DNA of 32,000 bases from positions 5,537 to 37,536 of the forward strand of contig DAOUYY010000002.1 of the NCBI GenBank assembly GCA_030665885.1, written 5' to 3'. Position 1 is the first letter of the stretch; every line of letters starts with the position of its first letter. Below are positions 8,562 through 17,358 of the stretch, piece after piece. The stretch is from Fidelibacterota bacterium (GTDB taxonomy: Bacteria; Fidelibacterota; UBA2242). A model generated the notes under the pieces. It saw only the letters and a program-made list of their open reading frames with translations, was not told the DNA's origin and did no database searches. The position numbers and the translations under genes are program-made.

Positions 8562-8835
8562 CTATTCACCATTCACGAACACAAACTTTGCAAAAGCTAC
8601 CTAAAAGAAATCCATAACATTTACCTGTATCTTTCACGTTACCGGAAGCGAACTTTCGCAAAGATTCCTTCACCATCAACCATTCACTATTCACCATTTA
8701 CGAACACAAACTTTGCAAAAGCTACCTAAAAGAAACCCGCAGCATTTACCTGTATCTTCTGCGCTACCGGAAGCAAACTTTCGCAAAGATTCCTTCACTA
8801 TTCACCATCAACCATTCACCATTTATCTTTACTGA
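8562..8835. repeat. Tandem direct repeat, about 2.2 copies of a 121-125-bp unit, in the flgE-motA intergenic region
   Basis: Copy 1 is 8562..8686, copy 2 is 8687..8807 and the partial copy 3 starts at 8808. Each begins CTATTCACCATT and is near-identical over ..ACGAACACAAACTTTGCAAAAGCTACCTAAAAGAAA.. and ..ACCGGAAGCRAACTTTCGCAAAGATTCCTTCA... Each unit carries two related boxes, AACTTTGCAAAAG and AACTTTCGCAAAG. Confidence 0.9.
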
Positions 8836-8843
8836 AAGGCGTT

Positions 8844-8871
8844 GTCCTGCCGGCATCTGGCCCGACAGGAC
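8844..8871 (-). other. GC-rich stem-loop about 45 nt downstream of the flgE stop; weak terminator or mRNA-stabilising hairpin
   Basis: GTCCTG(8844..8849) pairs with CAGGAC(8866..8871), and inner CGG/CCG pairs add to the stem. No convincing U-tract follows on the minus strand (AACGCCTTTCAG). The stem sequence CCTG-Y-CGG...GACAGG resembles the hairpins at 31320..31335 and 31593..31608. Confidence 0.35.
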
Positions 8872-8914
8872 TATTCTCACAAGATTAATAAATTGATACA
8901 AACAAATTATCACT

Positions 8915-10456
8915 TTATCTCTTCAATCTTGTCGTTTCCTCAAGTATTTGATCAAATGTTGTTATAACCCGAGCAGCAGCCTGGAACGCCCTTTGTGCTT
9001 CAATCATCTTCGTAAATTGATCTGCCATATCAACAGTTGACACTTCAAGAGAACCTGATTCAATAGTAGCTCCTAGGCTACTGGCAGCATCGATCTGGGG
9101 AATTCCACTTTTGGAAGTAGCTATGAAATTACCGCCATTGGCTTTTATCAATCCGCCGGAATTGGCGAACTGAGCCAATGCCACTTGAGCAAGCGTTTGG
9201 TTTTCGCCATTAGTAAACAATCCGATAACGGCACCCGCAGTATCAATATAAAAATCTTTCAATGACCCTGATCCTCTACCATCCTGTTTTCTTACAAGCA
9301 GTGTCGAAACTGAATCATATTGAGAAATCCCGTTGTATCCATCATCGCTGGATCCAAGACGAATAGTAATATTCATTTCGTCAGCTCCGCCCGCTGGAGC
9401 GAAAATTAATGGAATAACACCACTACCTTCAAGTTCTCCAAGCTCATTGAAGCTAATTTCACCAGTTTGGTTACTTAAAATGGCTCCATCAGAGCAGGCA
9501 ACTCTCCATTCCCATTCTCCCGGATTTGCTGTCCTTATAAATTCCATTGTCACAGTGTGACTATTACCTAAACTATCATAGGCAACTACTGACGTTGTTA
9601 CCTCTCCTGATCCAGGCACTGTATTTACAAAGCTCAGGTTGGATAATTCTCCCACATTGCCATCGTCGGCAGTTATCCTGATAGTCGTTTGACTTTTACC
9701 GGTCTCATCATCTGTCAGAACAATTTTTCCGTCTACGTCCAACGTTGCGGTAGCATTACCAACAAATGCAGCATTAATAGCTGTCAATAAATCATCTAAG
9801 TCATCAGCAGCAGCAGCATAAGTATATGTACCAGATACAGCGTTACCATCAGGATCTGTTCCTGAAATTGTAAATTTATCGCCGACAGTCAAATTAGTCG
9901 CCTGCGATAGGGCACTTAGTTTTGTTCCGACAACTGCAGGAGTGCCATTTGCACTCAATGTAAATGCGCCTCCACTGGACCATACTTCTGCAACAGGTAC
10001 TTCTGATGCATTCAAATTTCCGTTAAGCCATAAGTTATTGGTTGCTTTTGCGGGTACAACGAGGTTATTGTCAATAATTATGTCTTCCAGCGACGATGCA
10101 CCACTAACTGATTCTCCCATCCAGCCCTGGAGTGCAAAGCCATCGCTGTTTACTAACTTTCCATTAGCATCGATCGAAAACGCTCCAGCTCTTGTGTAAA
10201 ATCGTTCTTCGCCATTCCGTATCACAAAAAAACCATTGCCCTGAATAGCAAGATCCGTGGCATTACCGGTAAATTCTAATGCGCCCTGTTTGAATATCGT
10301 TCTGGAAACACCGGTAACTGTTCCCAAAGTTTCAACAAATGTCATTCTGCTCGCTTTATATCCGGCTGTGTTGATATTGGCAATATTAGTACCAAGCAAT
10401 TCAAGCCTTTGTTGCTGTCTCCTCAAAGCAGATACTGGAATATAAAATGAACTCAT
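8915..10456 (-). CDS. flgE: Flagellar hook protein FlgE
   Basis: 513 aa. The N-terminal rod/hook motif is LELLGTNIANINTAGYKASR. The C-terminal motif is LEVSTVDMADQFTKMIEAQRAFQAAARVITTFDQILEETTRLKR. A long variable central domain separates them. AAGGGAG lies before the ATG. Confidence 0.93.
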   Translation of the reverse strand: MSSFYIPVSALRRQQQRLELLGTNIANINTAGYKASRMTFVETLGTVTGVSRTIFKQGALEFTGNATDLAIQGNGFFVIRNGEERFYTRAGAFSIDANGKLVNSDGFALQGWMGESVSGASSLEDIIIDNNLVVPAKATNNLWLNGNLNASEVPVAEVWSSGGAFTLSANGTPAVVGTKLSALSQATNLTVGDKFTISGTDPDGNAVSGTYTYAAAADDLDDLLTAINAAFVGNATATLDVDGKIVLTDDETGKSQTTIRITADDGNVGELSNLSFVNTVPGSGEVTTSVVAYDSLGNSHTVTMEFIRTANPGEWEWRVACSDGAILSNQTGEISFNELGELEGSGVIPLIFAPAGGADEMNITIRLGSSDDGYNGISQYDSVSTLLVRKQDGRGSGSLKDFYIDTAGAVIGLFTNGENQTLAQVALAQFANSGGLIKANGGNFIATSKSGIPQIDAASSLGATIESGSLEVSTVDMADQFTKMIEAQRAFQAAARVITTFDQILEETTRLKR

Positions 10457-10476
10457 TTTAATCTCCCTTCATTTTT

Positions 10477-10540
10477 ATCCGCATCATTCGGTCAGCGGAT
10501 AGAGGGCTTCCCTAAACGGGACCAGCCCTTTTGTTTGTTA
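10477..10540 (+). other. Two adjacent stem-loops between the TIGR02530-like gene and flgE; the second looks like an intrinsic terminator only on the non-coding (plus) strand
   Basis: In hairpin 1, ATCCGC(10477..10482) pairs with GCGGAT(10495..10500). In hairpin 2, AGGGCT+TCCC(10503..10512) pairs with GGGA..AGCCCT(10518..10529), followed on the plus strand by TTTGTTTGTTATT. On the minus (gene) strand the T-run becomes an upstream A-run. Confidence 0.4.
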
Positions 10541-10954
10541 TTATACAATTGCGACACTATCGATGTTAGTAAATACATTACCAAGTGTTGCCTCCTCTGT
10601 CAGTGCTGTGACCACTGTTCTGTTTTTTACGCTAACAATATATGCCTTTTTGTCCACCATGATCAGTGAACTTCTGGCACCCTTTTCCTCTGCTAATTTT
10701 AATCCACTATTTAACCGCGATAAATCCATCGATGTCAAATTAATCTGACGATCACTCAATCTTCGCATTGCATGGGCAGAAAATTTAAGATCATCTTTAT
10801 TATTGACTTTTTCTCCAAGTATATCGGAGAAATTTTTCCCAACTGATTCTGTTTTTTCCGCAAAGGTCTTTTCTGAAGTGTGTTCAAGAGATGAAATCTT
10901 ATTCGGTCTAATAGGGACTAAATTATGTCCTACTTGTAATTCTGCTATTTTCAT
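10541..10954 (-). CDS. Small flagellar operon protein (TIGR02530-like family found between flgD and flgE)
   Basis: 137 aa. KFSAHAMRRLSDRQINLTSMDLSRLNSGLKLAEEKGARSSLIMVDKKAYIVSVKNRTVVTAL matches my recollection of the conserved 'flagellar operon protein' family seen in Firmicutes and Spirochaetes. Its position between flgD and flgE is typical of that family. Confidence 0.7.
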   Translation of the reverse strand: MKIAELQVGHNLVPIRPNKISSLEHTSEKTFAEKTESVGKNFSDILGEKVNNKDDLKFSAHAMRRLSDRQINLTSMDLSRLNSGLKLAEEKGARSSLIMVDKKAYIVSVKNRTVVTALTEEATLGNVFTNIDSVAIV

Positions 10955-10963
10955 TCAAACCTC

Positions 10964-11650
10964 CTAACCATTACTTGCCATTCCTATTTCAACTACAGAT
11001 GAAAATGGAACCTCCTGTCCGCCAATTAAAAGGAAAGATCTTCCATTTTCATACTTAATTCCCGCGGCATTGCCAACAATTAAAGGGGTTACAGATATGA
11101 CATTTCCCCCAATATCGGTTGCCTCGACTGTAAAGTGATATGTGCCTTCCTGAACTGTTTGTCCCTCGGTATTTTTCCCATCCCAACTTATGTTATGTTC
11201 GCCATTAGACAAATTTTTAGCAGTAAGTACATTTACAGTATTACCATTACTGTCGGTGATTGTAATTTTCACATCCTGTGCAAATCCATTTAATCGAAAT
11301 GTAAGGTCAGCTCCACCATAAGCGTCAATCACTACGGTATCTCCAATAGCCTTCGCATACTTTCCTATAAGAGAAGCAGCCATCGTGTTATTGATCGTTT
11401 GAGCAAGAATAAGATCAACCTCAATACCTTGTTCGATATTAGAATTTATATTCTGTAGTTGCTCAACCGAACTAAATTGTGCCAGCTGTGCCGCAAAATC
11501 TTGACTTTCAAGGGGAGACATAGGATCCTGATTACTTAATTGTGCAATTAACAACTTAAGAAAATCATTTTTTGCCATATCTACCTTCCCGAAAGAATTG
11601 GTCGACTCTTGAGAATATATACCACTTTTAATAGCATCGGTTTCAAACAT
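10964..11650 (-). CDS. flgD: Flagellar hook assembly/capping protein FlgD
   Basis: 228 aa. DFLKLLIAQLSNQDPMSPLESQDFAAQLAQFSSVEQ is the FlgD N-terminal signature. The C-terminal Ig-like/FlgD_ig region includes GEHNISWDGKNTEGQTVQEGTYHF. AAAGGAGG lies before the ATG. Confidence 0.93.
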   Translation of the reverse strand: MFETDAIKSGIYSQESTNSFGKVDMAKNDFLKLLIAQLSNQDPMSPLESQDFAAQLAQFSSVEQLQNINSNIEQGIEVDLILAQTINNTMAASLIGKYAKAIGDTVVIDAYGGADLTFRLNGFAQDVKITITDSNGNTVNVLTAKNLSNGEHNISWDGKNTEGQTVQEGTYHFTVEATDIGGNVISVTPLIVGNAAGIKYENGRSFLLIGGQEVPFSSVVEIGMASNG

Positions 11651-11670
11651 AATTCACCTCCTTTCACCTG

Positions 11671-13275
11671 TTATGCAAGGACTTCAATGGTGTTATACCC
11701 ATAGTCCCGAATTGCAATGATTTGATTAATTTTGTCTTCAATTTCATCCTTTATATTAGATTCACGATACTTTTCCGAATATCGTTTATGCTTTTCATTT
11801 TGCATTTTAGATTTACCAAAATCACCAACCTGAACTTCAAGTGAATTCAGCGCCATTCCTTTTTGAGATAAATTTTCATTTATTATCGGTAAGACTTTTT
11901 CTATTAAATTGCGAATAGTTTCCGATTCTACAATGATAGTTGCCTGATTTCCTATGGAATCCTGTGTAAATTTAATTTCAAGAGAACCTAGTTGTTTCCC
12001 ATCAATAATAAAACTCATCTCAGATATCTGCTTTTCATGTGATTGAAAAATAATCTGAGTAATTTTTTGAACCACCATCGCAGGCAAAAATCCTGTACCA
12101 GTGATTGCCTCATGTGAAATACTATCGTTGAGTTCTACTTGCTGAAGTCCTGAAGAAGGTATAAACCGGGTAGTTCCCGAAATATTTTTATGCGTTCCAA
12201 CAGTAGAAATTTCGTCCCCACTATAAAAGTGTTTCTTATAGATAAAAAATTTCTGGTCGTTTTCAGTACTTCCGATATCTCCTTCAAAATATTTATCATT
12301 ATAGTAATTCTTAACAGTCGATTGTACTTTATTAACACTACACGATTTATTCTGGCTGGTTTTATTCAGTAAATGACCTTTCAAATTTCTAATACTTGAG
12401 ACTAAACCCTTAGTATCTTTTAAATTCTTTGAAAATTTTAATTTTGTGAATTTACTCTTTTCAGACTCGCCCTCTCCGGTTTTTACTACTTTATTAACGA
12501 CTTTTACACCCTTCATTGAATCCTTCGATAAATCTTTTACTGGTTCTCCTAATACACTCTTGACTCTATTCGAGTTACTATAATTATCAATGCATTTACC
12601 TTCTTTGCTGGTTACTGTTGAAATCAGTTTATCATTTTCATCTTTTACAATGAATTTATCACTCTGAATACTTTTAGGAACACCAGATTGAGCGCTTTTA
12701 ATCCTATTCGCCAGGTTATGTTCAGTTGTAGAAATCCGGTTTATAACCTTCGACTCATTTCCCAATCTACTCTTTAAAACATTCTGAGTGCCAGTTTTGA
12801 GCTCATTTACATTATTTCTATTATCTAATCGTATTCCTTTTCTCAATTCTATTTCCGAAACCTGTTTGCTCTTAACATCAGAGATAATTCCTGAATTGTC
12901 AACTTTCACTCTACTGTTATTCACTGTCTGATTATTAAGTGCTTTCAGTTTCGATGGTAATTTTTCACTCAATCCCTGATGAATTAGGTGATCTTTTTTC
13001 GGTTCTTTTCTGTCGAGCATAGATATTTTTTGGTCACTTTTTGATTTCGGTGATCCGGTTAATATCGAATCATTATCCACAATCTCCTGTGATTCACTCA
13101 AAGACGTATTCAGTCTTTCGGAAGGTTCGTGTAAATCAGAGGTTGACTCACCATTAGATTTTATAAGAAAGTCAGCAAAAGGCTTTTCCGTATTTGGCAT
13201 CTGAGCCCCTCCGGAAACTACTAATGCATCAGATTCAATAATTGATACAAATTCAATTTGGGTTTCAGCTTTCAT
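11671..13275 (-). CDS. fliK: Hook-length control protein FliK
   Basis: 534 aa. It has a long low-complexity S/N/K-rich N-terminal ruler region. The C-terminal Flg_hook-like domain is LGSLEIKFTQDSIGNQATIIVESETIRNLIEKVLPIINENLSQKGMALNSLEVQVGDFG. Canonical position before flgD. Confidence 0.8.
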   Translation of the reverse strand: MKAETQIEFVSIIESDALVVSGGAQMPNTEKPFADFLIKSNGESTSDLHEPSERLNTSLSESQEIVDNDSILTGSPKSKSDQKISMLDRKEPKKDHLIHQGLSEKLPSKLKALNNQTVNNSRVKVDNSGIISDVKSKQVSEIELRKGIRLDNRNNVNELKTGTQNVLKSRLGNESKVINRISTTEHNLANRIKSAQSGVPKSIQSDKFIVKDENDKLISTVTSKEGKCIDNYSNSNRVKSVLGEPVKDLSKDSMKGVKVVNKVVKTGEGESEKSKFTKLKFSKNLKDTKGLVSSIRNLKGHLLNKTSQNKSCSVNKVQSTVKNYYNDKYFEGDIGSTENDQKFFIYKKHFYSGDEISTVGTHKNISGTTRFIPSSGLQQVELNDSISHEAITGTGFLPAMVVQKITQIIFQSHEKQISEMSFIIDGKQLGSLEIKFTQDSIGNQATIIVESETIRNLIEKVLPIINENLSQKGMALNSLEVQVGDFGKSKMQNEKHKRYSEKYRESNIKDEIEDKINQIIAIRDYGYNTIEVLA

Positions 13276-13280
13276 TATCC

Positions 13281-13823
13281 CTATCGTGCTCCCGCTAACC
13301 GTTGCGTGATAGCAGCGGCTCTCTCACTTGGAAGTGCTTTAAAAATATCTTTACGTTTTCGGCTATTCATATTTTTATAAATAGCAATTATGGTTCTGTC
13401 ATTAACATTTTTTAATATGGGACGCATTTCATCTGATTTCATAGTTTCATAAGTCTTTGCCAATTCCTGGATACTAACTTTAGTTTTAGTAGCTGCTAAA
13501 ATATCTTTATTGAGCTTATTAATATTCTGCTTATATTGTTCAATCAGACGATTATTAAATCCTATCTGTTCTCTCAAACTGTCATCGGTCAAATTTGAAA
13601 AGAATAGATCACTCTTAAGTTTATTAATTTTATTATTTAAACTATCTATTTCAGTTTGCTTCAGTACTAACATATTTTTTGATATTGTATTACTACTTGC
13701 CGCAACATCAATTTGCATATTATCATCCATTGGTTCTAAAAAGTTTAGTAATAAGAAAATACCTACAATTAAAACAGCAAAGGTACCAAGACCAATACAA
13801 ACCCATGTAACGACTTTTTTCAC
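13281..13823 (-). CDS. YlxF/FlbB-like flagellar protein (TM + coiled coil + MgtE_N-like C-terminus)
   Basis: 180 aa. It has an N-terminal TM segment, a coiled-coil middle and a C-terminus MRPILKNVNDRTIIAIYKNMNSRKRKDIFKALPSERAAAITQRL that resembles the MgtE intracellular N-domain repeat. Same position, between fliJ and fliK, as ylxF in Bacillus-type operons. Confidence 0.65.
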   Translation of the reverse strand: MKKVVTWVCIGLGTFAVLIVGIFLLLNFLEPMDDNMQIDVAASSNTISKNMLVLKQTEIDSLNNKINKLKSDLFFSNLTDDSLREQIGFNNRLIEQYKQNINKLNKDILAATKTKVSIQELAKTYETMKSDEMRPILKNVNDRTIIAIYKNMNSRKRKDIFKALPSERAAAITQRLAGAR

Positions 13824-14296
13824 TGATTATTTCCATTATCTTTATTCTTTAAAATCACACGCAATGCTATCTCACTTTCCTCTTTCATCATCTTCTTTCG
13901 ATAATTGTCTTTATAATTTGTTAGTTGACGTTCGCGTAATTTTTCGACAATTTTCTTCTCTTTAGACGCTTCTATTAGATCATCTCTCTCTTTTTCCACC
14001 TTTCCATTTGACTTTTCCACTACTTGAATTTGGTTGGTAATCCTATTATTTAACTGTGAAATATAATCTACTGTTACTTGAAGTTCATTTAAGGAAAGAT
14101 TAACATCATCAACGTTATCATATTCATCTTCATCGACTTTTAACTGAGCGTCTTTTTTTTGCGCTAAATTTTCTAATTGCTCCTTTTCCTTGTTTAAAGA
14201 CATTTGAGAATTTTTCAATGAAATTGCCTGTCTGTCCTCAGTTATCTGTCTTACATCTAAAACCTTCTGAAGTGGAAAATGAAAGGATTTTGCCAT
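13820..14296 (-). CDS. fliJ: Flagellar export chaperone-like protein FliJ
   Basis: Coiled-coil protein with MAKSFHFPLQKVLDVRQITEDRQAISL, typical of the FliJ N-terminus, directly after fliI. The ORF track extends to a TTG at 14317. I prefer the ATG at 14296 because GGAG (14307..14310) sits about 10 nt upstream of it. Confidence 0.8.
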   Translation of the reverse strand: MAKSFHFPLQKVLDVRQITEDRQAISLKNSQMSLNKEKEQLENLAQKKDAQLKVDEDEYDNVDDVNLSLNELQVTVDYISQLNNRITNQIQVVEKSNGKVEKERDDLIEASKEKKIVEKLRERQLTNYKDNYRKKMMKEESEIALRVILKNKDNGNNQ

Positions 14297-14303
14297 AATT
14301 ATT

Positions 14304-15629
14304 TCACTCCGCATCAACTGCTATCTTTTTTAAATCGGACAACGTTGCTTCAAAACTGGACGATTCATTCATATCCTGTAGAAGAAATTGATTGATCGCA
14401 TCAATATTCTTAATAGCAAGATCAACCTTCGGATTGCTACCTGAGACATAAGCGCCAATATTGATTAAATCTTCAGAGTCCTGGTAATTAGCCAGCATCT
14501 CCAAGATCTTCTGTGTATATTTATTCTGCTCTACAGAGGTAACTTCATTCTTTAATCGACTAATGCTCTCAAGAACGTCAATAGCAGGGTAATGTCCCTT
14601 TGTTGACATTTTTCGTGAAAGGACAATATGACCGTCAAGTGTTGCTCTCGATGCATCGCTAATAGGTTCATCCATATCATCGCTTTCTACTAAAACTGCA
14701 TACAAACCCGTGATACTTCCAACCTGATTTGTTCCAGCTCTCTCGAGCATTCTTGGTAACATAGCAAAAACTGATGGTGTATAACCCTTAGTTGTTGGTG
14801 GCTCTCCAGATGCCAATCCAATCTCTCGTTGCGCCATTGCCACTCTGGTCAGGGAATCCATTAGCAGCATTACATCCTTTCCCTGATCTCTAAAATATTC
14901 TGCAATAGATGTGGCAATCAGAGTTCCCTTAATCCGAACCATAGCCGCCTGGTCTGATGTAGCAACTATAACAATAGAATGTTTTAACCCTTCTTCTCCC
15001 AAATCTCGCTCTATGAACTCCCGAACTTCACGACCTCGTTCACCAATAAGCGCGATAACATTGACATCAGCATTTGTATATCGTGCTATCATACCAAGCA
15101 AAACACTTTTTCCTACCCCACTTCCGGAAAAAATTCCCACTCGTTGACCTTTGCCAACTGTAACCAATCCGTCAATAGCTCTAATTCCCGTCGTGAGAAC
15201 CTCTCTGATTCGCTGACGTTTAAGAGGATGAGGTGGAGCATTATAGACATGGCATCTATTTTTAGCATGGATCGGTCCCTTGCCGTCAATCGGATTTCCC
15301 AATCCATCTAAAATCCTACCAAGAAGTTCTGGACCCACTAGAACTGATAATGGTAAAGGACTTCTACTAACCCGGTTGCCAGGCGAAATCCCGACCGTTT
15401 CATCCAATGGCATTAAAAGAACTTTATCTCCACGAAATCCAACAATCTCTGCCCTGATCACATCTCCGGACCTTGTATAGATTTCACACAGTTCCCCAAG
15501 TGTGCCATCCGGTAAATTAGCCTCGATAACAAGCCCCACAACCTGAGATACTCTGCCATCTATCCTGGTGGGATTCAAGAGTCCCACTTGATTCGTATAA
15601 GATTCAAATCTTTGAGTTAGTGCATTCAA
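14304..15629 (-). CDS. fliI: Flagellum-specific ATPase FliI
   Basis: 441 aa. Walker A is GIFSGSGVGKS and the Walker B region is DVMLLMDSLTRVAMAQREI. There is strong FliI/YscN-family similarity throughout. Confidence 0.97.
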   Translation of the reverse strand: MNALTQRFESYTNQVGLLNPTRIDGRVSQVVGLVIEANLPDGTLGELCEIYTRSGDVIRAEIVGFRGDKVLLMPLDETVGISPGNRVSRSPLPLSVLVGPELLGRILDGLGNPIDGKGPIHAKNRCHVYNAPPHPLKRQRIREVLTTGIRAIDGLVTVGKGQRVGIFSGSGVGKSVLLGMIARYTNADVNVIALIGERGREVREFIERDLGEEGLKHSIVIVATSDQAAMVRIKGTLIATSIAEYFRDQGKDVMLLMDSLTRVAMAQREIGLASGEPPTTKGYTPSVFAMLPRMLERAGTNQVGSITGLYAVLVESDDMDEPISDASRATLDGHIVLSRKMSTKGHYPAIDVLESISRLKNEVTSVEQNKYTQKILEMLANYQDSEDLINIGAYVSGSNPKVDLAIKNIDAINQFLLQDMNESSSFEATLSDLKKIAVDAE

Positions 15630-16342
15630 TTCGATCCAATCTCTAAAATCTGTTTTTCAAGGTTATCCAACTGTCTTGATAAAACCCCTTCTTCAATAAA
15701 ATTTTCTGTCTCAAGTACACATTCTCCAGGCTTCAATTTGCTATTTCCAACAAAACCTACACTGGCTTTCGATGCCGAGCTCATTTCCTTAAGAATATCC
15801 ACTTTGGAAATCCAATCTACCTGATTTGGATTCATGTAAATAGTTATTTTGCTCTGATCTACTGCTTCCTTTAAAAATTGTTTGATCTGCCCAATAAGGA
15901 ATCCATTACATTTTTTCGTGTTGTGAAGTTCCATACCAAGAATCTTCTCGGCAACCTTCATCGCAAATTTTAGCAACGGCTTGTCCATTCTCTCCAAAGT
16001 TTGATCATATTGTACCTTCAATGATTGAATAATAGAGCCGAAATCATCAGAGACACTTTTCAGCTCCTTTTTTGCTTCTATTTGGGCAACTTCTTTCCCC
16101 TCTTCGAAACCAGCTTGAAAAGCTTCTTCCCTTGCGCTCTGTAAAGCGGATTCAAGCTCATGAATCTGTTTCTCAAGAATAATAACTTTCTGATTATTAT
16201 CAATCGGAATAGATATATCAGTTCTACCCCCATTCCCATCTTGTCCTTGAACTCTATCATCTAAAATATTCATACTTGATGCCATTATAGAGCTCTGGAA
16301 TCCAACTACTTTCTTCTTGAGATGTAATATAGCCGCTGTCAT
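15626..16342 (-). CDS. fliH: Flagellar assembly protein FliH
   Basis: 238 aa. It has a coiled-coil N-terminal half with the EEAFQAGFEEGKEV motif and a C-terminal FliH-like domain. It overlaps the fliG stop and the fliI start by 4 nt each. Confidence 0.8.
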   Translation of the reverse strand: MTAAILHLKKKVVGFQSSIMASSMNILDDRVQGQDGNGGRTDISIPIDNNQKVIILEKQIHELESALQSAREEAFQAGFEEGKEVAQIEAKKELKSVSDDFGSIIQSLKVQYDQTLERMDKPLLKFAMKVAEKILGMELHNTKKCNGFLIGQIKQFLKEAVDQSKITIYMNPNQVDWISKVDILKEMSSASKASVGFVGNSKLKPGECVLETENFIEEGVLSRQLDNLEKQILEIGSN

Positions 16343-17355
16343 TCTATGATTTCCTCTTCTTCACCGTGACTGATAACAATTTGTCCGGAATCTTCCAGAC
16401 TGTGTACTACATCTAGGATTTGCTTTTGAGCGGCTTCCACTTCCCGCACCCTGACGGGTCCAAGATACTGTAATTCGTCTTCCAACATTTCCGCTGCTCG
16501 TTCTGTCATATTCTTTAAAATCTTGTCTTTCAATTCCTTACTTGTTGCCTTAAGAGATAATGCCAAAGTCTTTGAATCGATTTCCTTAACAATCTGTTGA
16601 ATTGCCTCATTATCAAGTTTTACAATATCTTCAAACAGAAACATCAGGCTGTTGATTTCATTCGATAATTCGGAATCCCTTTCTTTCAAACTTTTTAAAA
16701 TATTTTTCTCCGCAGTGCGACTTGTAGAGTTTAAAATTTCTGCTAACGCTTCAGTTCCACCTGCCTTACTGAGATTACCACCTAATACCGTCCCGATCTG
16801 ATCGTGCAATGCCAATTCAATGTCCCGGATCAACTCAGGGGATGTTTTTTCCATCGTTGCAATCCTAAAGGCTATCTCACTTTGAGATTCTTCGGGAAGT
16901 TCTGACAAAATTGCAGCAGCCTGGGGAGGTTTCAGATTTGCGAGGATCAGAGCAACTGTCTGTGGATGCTCATTCTGTAAAAAATTGAGGAACTGCTTGT
17001 CATCTACTGTCTGTAGAAGATGAAATGCGCTAACTTCAGTTACCGCTTCTACATGTTTAATAATTTCTTCAGCCCTCTTATGCCCCCACGCATTCTCGAG
17101 AACTTGCTTTGCGTAATCAAGCCCGCCCCTAACAATATATTGATTTGCCTGCATCATTTGGTAAAACTCATCAATGGCCTCTCCCAGAACCTCAGCAGGA
17201 ATATCTTTCAACCTGGCAATTTCTATTGTTACCTTCTCGATTTCATGCTCTGTAAAATTTTTCATTATATCTGCTGCATTTTGCGTTCCCATAGCGATTA
17301 AAACCAATGCAGCCTTTTGAATTTGAGAAATCTTTTTAACTTTTTCTTCTGCCAT
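16339..17355 (-). CDS. fliG: Flagellar motor switch protein FliG
   Basis: 338 aa. QKAALVLIAMG is the N-terminal motif, and MFLFEDIVKLD is the M-F-x-F-E-D motif. The C-terminal torque-helix domain is present. Confidence 0.96.
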   Translation of the reverse strand: MAEEKVKKISQIQKAALVLIAMGTQNAADIMKNFTEHEIEKVTIEIARLKDIPAEVLGEAIDEFYQMMQANQYIVRGGLDYAKQVLENAWGHKRAEEIIKHVEAVTEVSAFHLLQTVDDKQFLNFLQNEHPQTVALILANLKPPQAAAILSELPEESQSEIAFRIATMEKTSPELIRDIELALHDQIGTVLGGNLSKAGGTEALAEILNSTSRTAEKNILKSLKERDSELSNEINSLMFLFEDIVKLDNEAIQQIVKEIDSKTLALSLKATSKELKDKILKNMTERAAEMLEDELQYLGPVRVREVEAAQKQILDVVHSLEDSGQIVISHGEEEEIIE

Positions 17356-17358
17356 TTC

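Noticed and set aside
8562-8835. The possibility that the tandem repeats here, or at 31307..31740, are CRISPR arrays.
   Set aside because: The units are 121-125 bp and about 273 bp long and directly abut. They lack the 25-40-bp repeat plus unique-spacer architecture, and no cas genes are present.
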